A DNA stretch of 63,707 nt, counting the filler, from Nemertoderma westbladi (Eukaryota > Animalia > Xenacoelomorpha), in the NCBI GenBank assembly GCA_032718475.1. It is 3 parts of 3 records of this genome, joined end to end, with 100 filler letters (N's around TTAATTAATTAA, not from the genome) between each part and the next. Parts side by side here need not be neighbours in the genome. Positions count along the whole stretch, not along the records: positions 48,434 to 63,707 come from JAUCBJ010006556.1; 2 more parts are not named here. One strand, 5' to 3'. Every line of letters begins with the position of its first letter. Position 1 is the first letter of the stretch. Made by a program: the position numbers and the translations under genes. Shown here piece by piece: positions 51,401-63,707 of the stretch. The notes under the pieces were generated by a model that was given only the letters and a program-made list of their open reading frames with translations, was not told the DNA's origin and ran no database searches.

Positions 51401-54337
51401 AACTCATGGTCTTATGGGTTCCATCCCTATGCAATTGACATTCGTATCCTGGATTGTAGCGTTCCCTGTATAGCCCTTCACGTATCGTGCGTAGATTCAT
51501 ATCTACTGGTTTAGTGTTTTGGTTATTTGGATTTGGCCTATTGGGTGTGTTGGGATTATATTTGTTCGTGTTGTTATTTTGTCCCTATTCATGCCATGGT
51601 GTGGCCCTACTCCCAGCTATCTGTGGACTTGCAGTCCCCTGTGTCGCCGCGTATGGTAGGGATTGTCTTAATCTTGGCAACGCATTTGCCGCATTATGCT
51701 CTGGTTTCGGCCTGTTGTATTCGGCTCTCGGCGCCTTCCCCAGACTATCCTCGCTGTAGACTGGGTCCGTGATTAATTCTGCTTCGTAATTTAGGAAGTT
51801 CGACATTTCCTCTAGGCCTGGTTCCACACCTTTCTTCTCCCGGGTGGAGAAGGCGATCTTCCTCCATTTGTTTCTTAGCCAGATTGGCAGTGCCTGCGCT
51901 ATCATGGTGATGTTATTCGATGTGTTGAGTTCATATGGCGCATCCAAGGTCTTTAGCACGATTAACGCCTTCTCGACCTTATTCGCTAAAGTCTTTATAC
52001 TACTAGGGTTATCCTGTAGGCCACCCGATGTTATTCCCCTCAAGGTCTGCCGGATGATCTTGGCAGGGTGTCCGTATTCCCTGTCTAGGGCCCGCCATGC
52101 AGTCGTGAATCCACCCTCGATACCTTGATACTGCCTTACAATATCGTACGCTGGGCCCCCTGTGTAAACTTGTAAATATTTTAGGCACTCCGCCTGCGTC
52201 AGGTTTTTAGTTAATATTTCATTACTGTACATGCGTCGGAATTGTAGGTATTCTTCCGGTCTGCTTCCATCGAATTTAAATGGCTCCACTGGTGGCAGCT
52301 CGATCCTGGTCTTAAGCGCATCAATGAGTGTTGCCATACCCATTGCCTGTGCTTCCAATGGGCTCGACGGATGCTGTACAGACTCTCCTGTTGGGTGCGG
52401 TTCGCCCATCGGGCCTGTTGATTTTTTCTGTGTCGGATATATCATTGGGGGTACTGGCCCCCTCCATATCTCCGTATCGCACGATCTGTTCTGGTCCAAG
52501 GGGTTTGGTGTTATTATTCTCGGCTGAGTGCATTGCTGATATTGTAATGGGGGAATGTCACCCTGCCCCCCCCCCCCACCAGTGTTATATTTGGTACTGG
52601 GGTTGATGTTAATATATTGGGGCCCACATATCTATCGGCAATAATTCCCCCCTCCCCTGGGTATATGTTATATCCCTGCATATTATAGTCATACTGGTGT
52701 GCAGGTACCGGTATAGGCCTATCCACTTCTTGCCTACCTACCGGTATGTATGCCGCAACTTCCGGGTCCAATCCCGTTGTTTGCACTACCCTATCGCCTA
52801 CACTATCTCTTCCAGCATGGCCTATAGTATGTGCAGTAAGGCCTACAGTATGTCCTGTAGTCTGCCTGTGTCCCTCCGGACCAAGGTTTAATATTCTCGA
52901 ATATTCCAAGAAGTCCTCCCCGCGACCACCGTACTCTCGATCGGCAGCTACGTCCCATTGGGAAGTTTCTCTTCAATCCCCTCTCCTGTCCTCGTCCTCG
53001 TGCCGGTACATCCTGCACCCCTCGCCTGGCATATGGTACATCTCGCCAGGCTGCGTCTCTCCGGGGCGACGGCAATCTCCCGGAGTTCGACCCCACTGAC
53101 TCTCCAACTCCATTTCTACTACCGACGGTTCGCCGTCCGTCCTCGCTCTCTGGTTGCTCGTAGCAACGCTTCTTCTATTCTCCTCACTTCCTCTCCCCTC
53201 AGTGTAGCGCTCCCACTCTTGAGATCTCTCTTCGACCTCCCGGTTAAACTCCACTGCATCTCCTCCGTCCTCCGACTGGGCTCGACATCTCATCGCACGC
53301 CTGCTCACGACGCCAACCTCTCTCTCTCTACCCGGTTGGACGCTCCTGGGGATATTCGCAATCCCCCTACTATTCTCCGTCGTCGGGTGCCGCGGTTCAC
53401 CCCCCCCCCCCCCCCCCGTTCGCCACCTCTTACTTCTCTATCTCCTACTTCGCTTCTATGCCCCTCTCTAGTCGACGCATTGCCTCTACTGCAGCTGGGT
53501 CTACTCACCCCCGCCTCTCCCTGTATAACTGCGTGGCCTTGCAGGCTCCCGTCGGGTTGACTCACCCCCGCTGCTCCCTGCCTAACTATGTGGCCTTCTA
53601 GGCTCCCGTTGGGGTGACACACCCCCGCTACTCCCTGCGTAACTACGTGGCCTTGCAGGCTCACATTGGGGTGACTCACCCCCGCTACTCCCTGCGTAAC
53701 TACGTGGCCTTGCAGGCTCTCGCTGGCCAGACCACCTGTGTCCCCTACGATCGTATTAATAGCACCATTATCAATAATATTGTTGTCTAAATTATTTAAA
53801 TTATTTTGCTCAGAGTTAGGGCTATGATTTGGAATGTTTTGTATATTTAAATTAGAATTATTTGCATTATTTTGTTCGTTTAAATTAATATTATTATTTG
53901 GATTATTTTGTACGTTTGAATTAATATTGTTCGGATTACTTTGCACATATAAATTATAATTGTTATTATTTGAATTATTTTGCACATTTAAATTAGAATT
54001 GTTATTACCGGGCAAAATATTATTTCCTGCAATAAAGGTTTGATTAGGGTTGTCTACACGGTACTATTAATATTAATTCCTTCTAACGTATTATTATTAC
54101 CCCCCCCCCCCCCCCCGCCCGTATGGTTACACCAGTCCTGGGTCTGTCGTCCGATGCCTGTAAGTGGGGTATTAACAAACGTTTCCATTACTTCTGGCTC
54201 CTCGTAAATACTACCCGAACCGGCCTCACTCTCAGATAATCCCAACTGCGCCAGTTCTAATCGGTGCTTTTGCTTTGCCTGATATTGCATAAGCCCCCTT
54301 AACTGGGCATGCATATCATCCTGCATATGCTTTCCCG

Positions 54338-54373
<36 letters not shown>

Positions 54374-56100
54374 GCAAACTTTGGTTCGCTAATTCTATCT
54401 CTCTCGCCTCCCGCTCTCTACGCTCGTTCGTTTCTCTCTCTGCCCTCGCTACCTCTTTCGCTTCTCGCTCTTTACGTTTGTTTGTTTCCCTCCCTATCCT
54501 TGCTGCCTCTTCCACTTCTCGCTCTTTGCGCTCGTTCATCTCTCTCTCCTCCCGCTCCCTACAGTTTCTCGCCACCCTCTTGGCCCTCTCTCTACATTCC
54601 CTCGCTAACTCTCTCTCTTTTTCTAATAATGCGGTTCCCTCGTCCAGTTGCCTCTCCAACTCCTTCTGATCCAGCGCCACCATTTCTAGTTGACACGCCA
54701 GATCTATCTCTAACACCCTTCTTGCTTTTGCGGAGGATGTAGCGGACTTATCGGTCGCAATGGACTCCCGTCGCCTCTCTGTCCTACTAACTTTCCCCCG
54801 CTTTCGGGGGTTCTCGCTAACTGACGATACCGAATCCTCGGGGTTAACCTCGGGTTCGCCATCATGCGGGATCTGCCCAACCCACTAACTTAATTCACCT
54901 AGCATCCACTAAGTAAGGCCCTACGTACACTACTTCAGGCTCCATTATCCCGGATCGCCACAATTCAAACAGTTCCGTGGCGACCCCCCTCGCTCTCTCA
55001 CTCGCCAATTCTCCCTGTCCAAAACGGACTAAATATTGAAAGTGTTTATTCGACTCACCTAGCCTCTGATGTAATTTAGGCTGGTCTACCTTTCTCCCTT
55101 CTCTGGCCTCCTTCAGTAACTTCTTGGTGGCGTTGTAGGCCTGTCATAGCCAATCACTCGTCCTGACGTCCTCTTCGCCGACTCCTCCTCCTCTCCTCAT
55201 TCGGCGTCGTACCGGTGGCCCCACCGTCGCCGTTCCAGTGGGCCGTCCATCGCCCTCGGCCTGTTGCTGGCTGGCGACTTCGGTACTCCGACCGCCGTCC
55301 TGCGTCGACTCGTCTCCCACTCGTGGTTGACGGCCGCCCTCCGCTTGGGCAGCCGGATCGCCCCTCGTTGGCAAATCCGGCGTGGCAGGCCGATACTGTC
55401 TCATCACGGCCTCACGGATCGTTTGGTTGGTATCGTCCGGGGTTCGCGGCGGCGTCCTCTCTCCCTCAGATGATCGGGGCTCTCTATCGCTCTCAGGTGG
55501 GATCAGAGATCCCGACCGGGTTGTTAACGTACGCGTCACTGTTCTGCTGGGGATCGTGCTACTGGCTTTGGCCGAAGCCGACTGGGAAAACAGTAAAAGT
55601 TCCTGTTGTCTTTGATATTAGTTAATATATGCGGTAATAGCACAATGTACGATTGGAAGCAGAAATACAGATAAATTGTTACCGGTATGGCGGTGGCGGT
55701 CATTAACTATGACCAGTCTGCACTGATTAAACTGAATAACACAACTGACCGGTAAACCAGTAATGTGAGATAATATAAGATTAATACATTGAATATTGGT
55801 TCACCTCCTACTCTACTTTAGCCCTCTACCCAATGGATGCTTTCCTGTTCCCTATCACTTGCTTTCCTCCCCACTATTGGCTAATATACTACTTGTCACT
55901 TTGGCACTAGCTGTCTTCCCTCTGAGGTGGTTTGACCTCTCACTTTTCTCTGTGGCTTTGGGGCTTGTTTTGCCTCCCCCCCCCCCCCCAATGTTGGTTG
56001 TGATACGACATTAATATTGGTAATCTTGTATCCCCAACATATTGCTAAAATGCCACTAGTCCCATTTTCTGGTGGGTAATGAAGTGGAATTCCGCTTACA
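48434..56100 (-). mobile_element. BEL/Pao LTR retrotransposon encoding Gag and protease only (non-autonomous)
   Basis: Direct repeats 48434-48826 and 55745-56100 start TGTAAG on the minus strand. PPT GGGGGGGAG at 48827-48835. Gag and protease motifs are present; no RT, RNase H or integrase motifs are visible. Confidence 0.88.
50137..55490 (-). pseudogene. gag: Frameshifted gag-protease polyprotein
   Basis: Capsid (DUF1759-like) LPPVEPFKFDG..EYLQF..AWRALDREYG..LPIWLRNKW. Knuckles CQLH..H....C and CHRC....H....C. Protease GVVPV..LVNSGA and GMD..PTAILTPFGWTLSGP. Several frameshifts sit at poly-C runs. Confidence 0.88.
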
Positions 56101-56965
56101 GCCTAAATCGTTAGGCCTTCAACAACGCAGGGAAAGGATGTCCGCAACACATTAGGCGCCCACATTAGTTTCGCCTGCGCACCCCTTCGAAGTATGACCT
56201 CTTGCCATACAGCGCCCACTTCAGAGGAAGGTAAGACTTTGTTTGACGCCCTTGCCTGCAGTAAGACCTTAGATCAGGGTAAAGCGTGACGCCATCCTGG
56301 GAAGCCGTAAAATTTAGGGTTAAACGTTTTAGATTCAGACAGGAAAAACCCCGGACCAATCTGTATCTTCTACAGGTGTGAGCTATTGCTGTTCGTTAGG
56401 AAGCGCAAGTACACGTTAGGTGCGGAAAGCACATGCTCTATAATTTGGTGATTTGCAGTATTGACAGTACTGTACCGGTTCACTTTGTAGCCCATATAGT
56501 TTGCCCACCCTGTCTGAGTCCAAAATATTTGATCAGGCAAGAGGCAGCTTTCTGCTACTGGCACATGTTTGGCCTAGGGAGGTTTACTAACATCCGACCG
56601 CGCCCTTGCCACGTACTGATAGGTATTTACTGCTAACCACCGCAGTAACAAAGTTCTAGAATCAAATTAGTATACCAGATCAGCTAACGTACGGTAGTAA
56701 TTAACACCTATTCTCTTATCTCACAATCAGAATCTGGTATTAGTGCTGATCACGGGTGTAGTTACTAACACCGTAATTGCCCGGTTGAGTTGTGGATAAG
56801 GAGGAGAGAGCTTTGATGTCAGTTTGTAATAAGTATTGAGCCTACAGCGTGCGACTAGCTTATTCGAGTAGCTAGTGCCCAGTATTGTTATTTTGATTAA
56901 AATCACTAAAACCTAGTATAACGGTGATACGCCAAAATTGATTTATTCGTAACACACACATACAC
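56101..56965 (+). repeat. LTR-like repeat upstream of a gag-like ORF
   Basis: Paralog of 41818-42655, followed by about 1 kb of leader and a decayed ORF. Confidence 0.65.
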
Positions 56966-58018
56966 GTCCTGAAACACACACACCTTTTGAGACCTACTAG
57001 CTACTGGTTATTATAGGTTACTCTTCCGTAGGAATTATTCCGTAATTTTTACTATTCTGTAGTTTTGTAATTTGAGGAGATATTTAATATTTAGTTTTAC
57101 GGCACATAAGAGGTATTTTGGGGCACCCTTTTGACTGCTTTTTCTGTCGGCAGTATTGTTACGCTAGTCTATTGATCCGCTAGCTCATATATAAACCTTA
57201 TAAATCACACAGCGGCAAGTTTACAGTATTTAGGTCCATTAGCAATTGTTAGGATTCTCAGAGCCGGGATTGTTTTCCCAGAGTATTTTGTAGAATGTCC
57301 CCTAGGCTTTTAGGGTAGTTTTGTTCGTATTTGGCTAGTTGTAGATAGCTAGTTAGTTTATAATTATTTTATTTTAGGTCGTGTGTGTGCGGTGTTACTT
57401 TTTTCGGTACTTGAAAAGGTACACAAGGTTTAAAGACCAATTTGTATCGGTACATAGGAAAAGTTTTCGTAGAGTAGTTAGTAAAACTCTCACCTTCGAT
57501 TTTTCAGGACTCAAGGGCTCATTTCTGGACCGCCTCGAGGGATTAGGCCGTTTTTAGCAAGTTTGGGAGACACAAAATTCTTCCACGACGCTGGAAACGG
57601 AACAGTTCTCGTCCGGTTTATATCTGGGAATTTGTACGACTGGAAGATCAAAGGAACATAAGTTTTACGACTCGTGTCGTTTAAACATAGAGCACAGTAG
57701 TACTCAAAATTTGTGGGTTCCACTGTCTAATTTGTGTGTTTGTTGGTACTTATTTTCCCTTAGACGTTGCTGTTTTGCCTAATTATTTGTACTTGTTGAT
57801 CTGCATTTTGGTAGCGTATAACGCTATCTCACTTATTCGTACAGATTTAGCCGGTAGGCTGAATTATTATTATTTTTATTATATACTTTTGATTTTATTT
57901 GTACCGGTTAGGGTATATATATAGTATATATATATACCGAGGTAAGTTTTGACATTTTGACATTTCAACATTCTGACACTTTGACATTTATTACCCATAC
58001 TTGACGTATATAATAGAC

Positions 58019-60146
58019 ATGAATGATACACCACATTCGACTCGATACCCACCTACCGACTATGACTCGTGTGACCCAAACAGATCGACAGTAGACGACC
58101 TGAGAAGGAGGACTCGCGATTCTACCGATGTCACACCGCGTGCGTCTCCGGTACCGCAAATGGAAATACCGGAAGCCGTAATGCGTGGCGACGGTAGAAC
58201 TGAAGACTTCCTTACCGTCCCGCAAACCAGATCGTGGGAACCGGACATGGTAAGTTCGACTGGAAGCCAAGAGAACATTATTAGGAGTATAGGAGGACAC
58301 ATGGCTCAGATTACTCGAAATTTTGGAGAAGGTTTTCGTGTTTTGCTTGAGTTGACCGCCCCGATGTCGAGATACGAGTTCTACACCTTACGGTAAGGAT
58401 AGAAAGTATGGTACATGCCTCTGTAGATAAACTTAAAGGTTTACACGAACTTGCAGAGTTGCGTGGCGACAACTTTACGCAAGTAAAGATAATCGATAAG
58501 TTGGTAAGTGCGAGGGAAAGCCTCATTCAGTTTAAGTCGGTTGTAGGATCGACTCAGCAAGAGCAACTCGATCAACTGATGGGTGAGTCTGTTTCCGACG
58601 CGTTGTTTCAACCCGAAGAGAAAGAATAACTATACTGCTTGGACGGGAGATTAGAGACACTCACCGATTTTCTTTGTAGTTGCGGCGTACCAATCGAAGA
58701 ACTGGAAGTTGTACCGAGAGGGACGACGGATGTTCTAACTATAGAAGGCTCGCGAGCCTACCACTTTCCACAACTGGATAGGTCATTTGTTAGCATACAG
58801 AGCGACGTTGGCGATGTTAGTCGGACAGCGTCTGTAATTACTCGGCAACGACAGGAGGTCGCACGTCAACAGTAAGTCGCCGAGGAAGAAGCGCAACGAC
58901 AGATGGCACAGATTGCTATCGAGGGAGAGAAACAACAAAGGTAAGATGAAGCAAAAATAGCACAACTCCAGGCCCAAGCCGAATGAGAAGTATCAGAAAT
59001 GCAGAGACTGGAGGAGGACTTAGCGAGAGAAGCGGCTGCAGCGGCAGCAGCTGATGAGTTAGCACGACTAGCAGCAGCTGATGAGTTAGCTCGGAAGAAA
59101 GTGGCATCTGACGCTTGTGCCCAGTTGGAGGCATGGCAAATAAAATCACATTTAGCCATTCAGGGAGTGGAATTAGCGGCACAACAACAGGAGTCAGACC
59201 GACGCGAGAGAGATGCAGCTTCAGTTCGAACTAAACCGTAGATCATGTGAGTTAGCGCGAGAGGACCTCGAACTCAACACGAGAGATAGATCTATAAGGT
59301 CTCGAGCTGGATATGACTTGTCCGCCCTGGATCGCATGGAGACTCGACATTGCGAAATTCAGAAGCGAATAGAGGAAGGAAGTGTTGGAGCGATCGAGCG
59401 AGGAGAGGAATTCGTCGAGGATTACTGTAAACGTTTTCCCCAAGTTATTCCCATGATCAAACCCACGACTCCAGTGAAGCCGATCATAGTTGTAAAACCG
59501 AAGGAGATATCGCCTGTGTGTTTGGCTCAAGGTAATAGGTTTGTTATGTCGGAATCAATTCCGCAGCCACGAGCGACTTCATCGCCAATTCTCGCAGGTA
59601 AGATATGTAGTCCACCTACTGTAAGCTGTAGTTTACTTGTAGAGAGAGACGAACCTGCGCTTATGACAATAAAACAGGTAAGTAAACCGTTACCAGTTAA
59701 ACCTGTGACGTGCTGCGCGAACCCAGTCATTTATAAACCTACAGTAGCGTTTAACTCTGATGTTTTCACTAGACCTCTCACTCAATGCTTATAGAGACCT
59801 ACGACATCGTGGAAGGCTTGCGAGCCTACCGAACAACGAAGGACAACGGATGTGGGTAGTACCCACAGGATCGAATGAGTTTACCGAGACCTATGACTTC
59901 GTGGAAGGCTTGCGAGCCTACCGAACAACACAGAGCCGTAGATCCCAGACCACAACGAACGATCCCGACGACAGCGACTCATCTAGTGACACGGAGTCGA
60001 CGGAACGGGAAATATTCCGTACTGGAGCGGTTGGTGGCGATTACAAACGGGAGAAGAGATCAACGAACCCTTACATCGACAATCCTCCACGAGAAACACC
60101 CGCTCAGAAACCCACGTTGCAACCATTGGAAGCGATTAGCACCAAA
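58019..60146 (+). pseudogene. Decayed BEL-like Gag N-terminal region
   Basis: Chain of ORF fragments (58001-60146) with an Ala/Glu/Gln coiled coil and a Pro-rich linker. Same architecture as 24926-25982; no diagnostic domain is reached. Confidence 0.5.
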
Positions 60147-61453
60147 CAGTGTCCTTTAAGATGCGTCTCAAGAAAGTCATGGGCTGTCTACCATGCTTAT
60201 TCACTCCATGAGGCTGCCAAAGTACAAGATTATGCACTAGCTGGTCCTCATGGCGAAAGCAATGTCCTGCAAAGCGGAGGCGATTTTGTTCTAGTGTCAA
60301 GCTTGGGGGAACCAATGAGAAACCTCCAATGTTATATAGTGTCTGGTTGGAGATGTGTGCATTGTACTTGACACAATGAACCCGGTGTAGCATTCTTGTG
60401 AATGTGCCATCCAGAGATTTGGTGTCCTCAACAGTTAGAGCCCACGCATGCACGTTAGCATTGACTCCCATAGGGGAGTACTGGAACTACTGCTGCTCTA
60501 AATAATCGGACCTTAAGTTTCCGATTAATTCTCGGTGACTTCCAAATCCTGGAAAGCATATTCAAGGCTGCCCATGCCTTTCCATTACGTATTCGAAGGT
60601 CCTCACCTGACTTCCGGATCCATGAACACAGGTAACAGAATTCATCCACATGCTCAAGCATACCATCTTTTGAGCTTATGCTCATCCGATCAGAGACTTG
60701 CCGAGGACTTTCAAAGTTAACTGTCAAAATTTTGGTCTTTCTGGAGTTAATAAAAAGACCAACACTAGAAGCAGCATGTTCTAATGAGCTGAGGAGCCGT
60801 TGGACTCCCTCTAGTGATTCTGAGAGTACTCCTAAGTCATCAGCAAAGTCTAGATCAGCTAGGTACTTGGCAGGATTTCCTCTACTTCTGGAGCCAGTAG
60901 GTGGAGTTATCATCACCCCATCATCATTATGATGATCTAAGGACATGCGTAGAACATAGTCAACAACAATTATGAACAAGAATGGTGCAAGTGTGTTTCC
61001 CTGGAGGACGCCCCATAACACTTCAAATGGTTCTGTGTGACCGTCAACAGTAGACACAAATGTTGTCGAACCATCGTATACTGATCTGATTGCTGCAATA
61101 ATTTCATCAGGAATCCCATATAATGAAAGTATGTTGAACATATGTGAGCGAGAGACTGAATCAAAGGCCTTGAAGAAGTCAACAAAGATAACAGCCAGAT
61201 TTTGATAACTCTTCAATTATCCTTCTAAGTGCCAAAATGGGCTCCATGGTCCCACGACCTTTACGGCACCCATTCTGATTTCCACGGAGCAGTCTCTCAA
61301 TGGGATCCCTGATACGATTTAATAGAATTCTATTGTATAGTTTTGCAGCAATCGAGATCAGTGAGATTCCCCGAAAACAACCATAGAGTGTTAGGTTGCC
61401 CTTCTTGGGAACTGGCACCAACTTATTTGTTTTCATTTCTTGTGGGACTCTTG
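60147..61453 (-). pseudogene. RTE-clade RT fragment, near-identical paralog of 107-1383
   Basis: Same RT motifs (FVDFFKAFDSV, LDFADD). Truncated at both ends, with two frameshifts. Confidence 0.93.
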
Positions 61454-61559
61454 GTGGGATAAATATTTCTCCATTTGACGCAACACCGCCGCGGCCGCTA
61501 TGAGGGAGGTGAATACCGCGGCCGCTCCTAAAGCCGCAGGCCATCGCTAACTATATAGG

Positions 61560-63623
61560 TTAACTTGGGATTCTGGGAGACTTTTCGATGAAGGAACAGA
61601 CCAATTTTTTTTATTTTCGCACCAGGGGAGCGACTCGGAATTCTAAGATATTAGCCACTCTAACATTAGCAAATCTATCCCCTCGACGGACACGGCGGAC
61701 AAAAAACCGTCATTTTTTTGACAATTTTAAAAATTTTTTGAAAGGCGCTCTACAGTGGCTCGAAAAAACCCTAGGTTATTGCTTAACCGACGCCGGGATA
61801 CGATAGAAGGGATTAATTAGTGAATTCGTTTTTTTTTTCAAAAAAGATTACCACGCCTTTTTCCCGAAATTGTCCGTCAAAGTTGAAAAAACGGACAAAA
61901 TGGCTTTGCGGGATCCGCTCTGACTCGGCTAATATTAATCGTACGGGGACGAAATTAACGCGGTTGGAAAGGGGAAGAGTGGTACTACCTTCGTATCGAA
62001 TGGGGGTAAGATATTTATTAATATTTCGGGTGGAAAAAGGGGCCGTAACTTTGTCCGTTTTTTCCATCTTTTTTACATAATTATTATTTCCAAAATTTTT
62101 AATTCGACAACGCTAGTAGGAATCTGCCAATTCTTTTTCGGAAAGCGTAGAAGACCACAGGGGCTACATTCCTATCGAATGGGGGTACAAAAAATATGTA
62201 GGCAAAGGGGTCCAAAAGGGCCAGAAAATAATTAAAAGTTTATAACTAACAACTTTTTTATTTTTGACTCTTGAAGGTTAAATAAAGTACATTTTATACG
62301 GTTAATATTGATACGGGGAATCCAAATATTCGATTGGTTTTGCCGCGCAAACGATATTAAAAAAATTAGGGCCCAAATTATAATTTCACGCTTCAAACTC
62401 GCTTCGCGGGAACTCGTCTAGCTCGAAAAATACATAAGGTCTGGGAGACTTATTTAAACAGTCTTATAGAGCGTCAAATTATCTATCTTTCAACTGTAGT
62501 TACAGTGCCATAGCTATTATATAACTGAAGCGGCAGACGATCGTGTGAAATATACTACTTATAAAAAAGGGACGAAAATTTTTTTTTTTAATAAATCGCC
62601 ATTACATTATAATTTAACTTTTTGCGCCAAAAGTTCCTGTAAAATGTAGCAAATTAACTCCACTATCTTTTTTCTTAACATTAATAATTAAAATAACGAG
62701 TTTTAAGGGTCGAAAAATATCGCGTAATTTTGGCCCTTTTTTTCATTTTTTTTGGGGCCAAAAATACCCCCTCTCAAAAGATAGAAAAAAAAATTACGGC
62801 AAAGAATATACCAATTTTATTGAATTTGGAGCACCAGAACCGAAATTTAGTCAAAAATTTAAAATATTTTTTTTTGCAAAAAATTAAGAATGGTCATATT
62901 GGGTTTCGAACCCACGAACTTAAGTATCGTTAACGTGATTGATTACCACTAGACTACGTGACCAAGAGAATTTGAAATTTTCGAGTGATTATTTTTAAAC
63001 ATCAATAACTTCTGTTCTACTGGGCCGTTTGATCTGAAACTTTTTTCATTGGATAGAGGATAGATTGTAGTGTGTGAAATAGGATACAACTTTGGAAAAG
63101 ACGCAAGTGCACTTAGTGCATAATGCACTTAAAAAGTACACATTTTTTCGATATTTCAAACACTATTATTTCCAGTTCCATTCATCGTAGAATGTTATTT
63201 TTTGGATTAAAATGTAGTTTGGAGTGATTTCTAACTATAATCGTAACATTTGTTTAACTTTTTATGTATATAAAGTGACTTAAAATGCTCATGAATATGG
63301 TCCAAAATCGCAAATGTCGCGATTTATTAAATTAGATTTTTTACACTTTTAGTGACTGACACTTGATCATACACCATCGTAGATCGGTAGAGGATAAACA
63401 TAAGTTTGTTAAATAAGAACCACCATTACGATCTGCTGAAGTGCACTTGTACAAATAAGTGTGCAAAAGTGCAAATTTTTTAATAAGGTCAAATTATATA
63501 GTATTGGGTTATTTTCTTTGCAGATACTTTATTTTCATATTAATATGTTGTTTGAACCTTACTGAGCGCATTAGGGGATATGCGTACAAATAACCGGCCC
63601 TTATGAGGCTTCGATTGGGTTAA
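61560..63623. mobile_element. Probable non-autonomous DNA transposon (AT-rich, non-coding)
   Basis: Contains the repeat shared with 45425-45891 and ends GGG|TTAA (piggyBac-like). The left terminus was not identified. Confidence 0.4.
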
Positions 63624-63707
63624 TAAATAAAACATAAGGTTGTAATATTCTAAAAAACCAGTGTGATATTAAATGCACTTTAAACAATAAATAGAGATCA
63701 AATAACA

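Noticed and set aside
59048-59102. Two CTGATGA motifs followed by GAAA (hammerhead core)
   Set aside because: No stem II closes onto GAAA; this is a 27-bp coding duplication (AAADELAR).

Overview
This looks like AT-rich, repeat-saturated animal genomic DNA (probably an invertebrate; inferred from the transposon families present). It is three unrelated contigs (1-25982, 26083-48333, 48434-63707) joined by artificial 100-bp N44-TTAATTAATTAA-N44 linkers. Almost everything is nested, decaying transposable elements. These include RTE and other APE-type LINEs, BEL/Pao and Gypsy LTR elements, a tRNA-derived SINE, an IS3EU-like MITE, a MULE foldback element, Helentron-like non-autonomous elements and mini/microsatellites. 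I see no complete host gene, prokaryotic operon or CRISPR array. Most interesting: (1) a duplicated PH-domain terminal exon next to a Helitron-like terminus; (2) an unknown ORF conserved just upstream of the polypurine tract (PPT) of two divergent BEL-like elements; (3) a two-LTR BEL element encoding only Gag and protease, with an Asn-rich, prion-like Gag region; (4) covarying hairpins in BEL LTRs; (5) TA-N(3-5)-TA excision footprints visible by comparing paralogous repeats; (6) orphan ORFs, one with a death-domain-like motif. All family and domain calls are by eye; no searches were run, and boundaries without a target-site duplication (TSD) or terminal motif are approximate.
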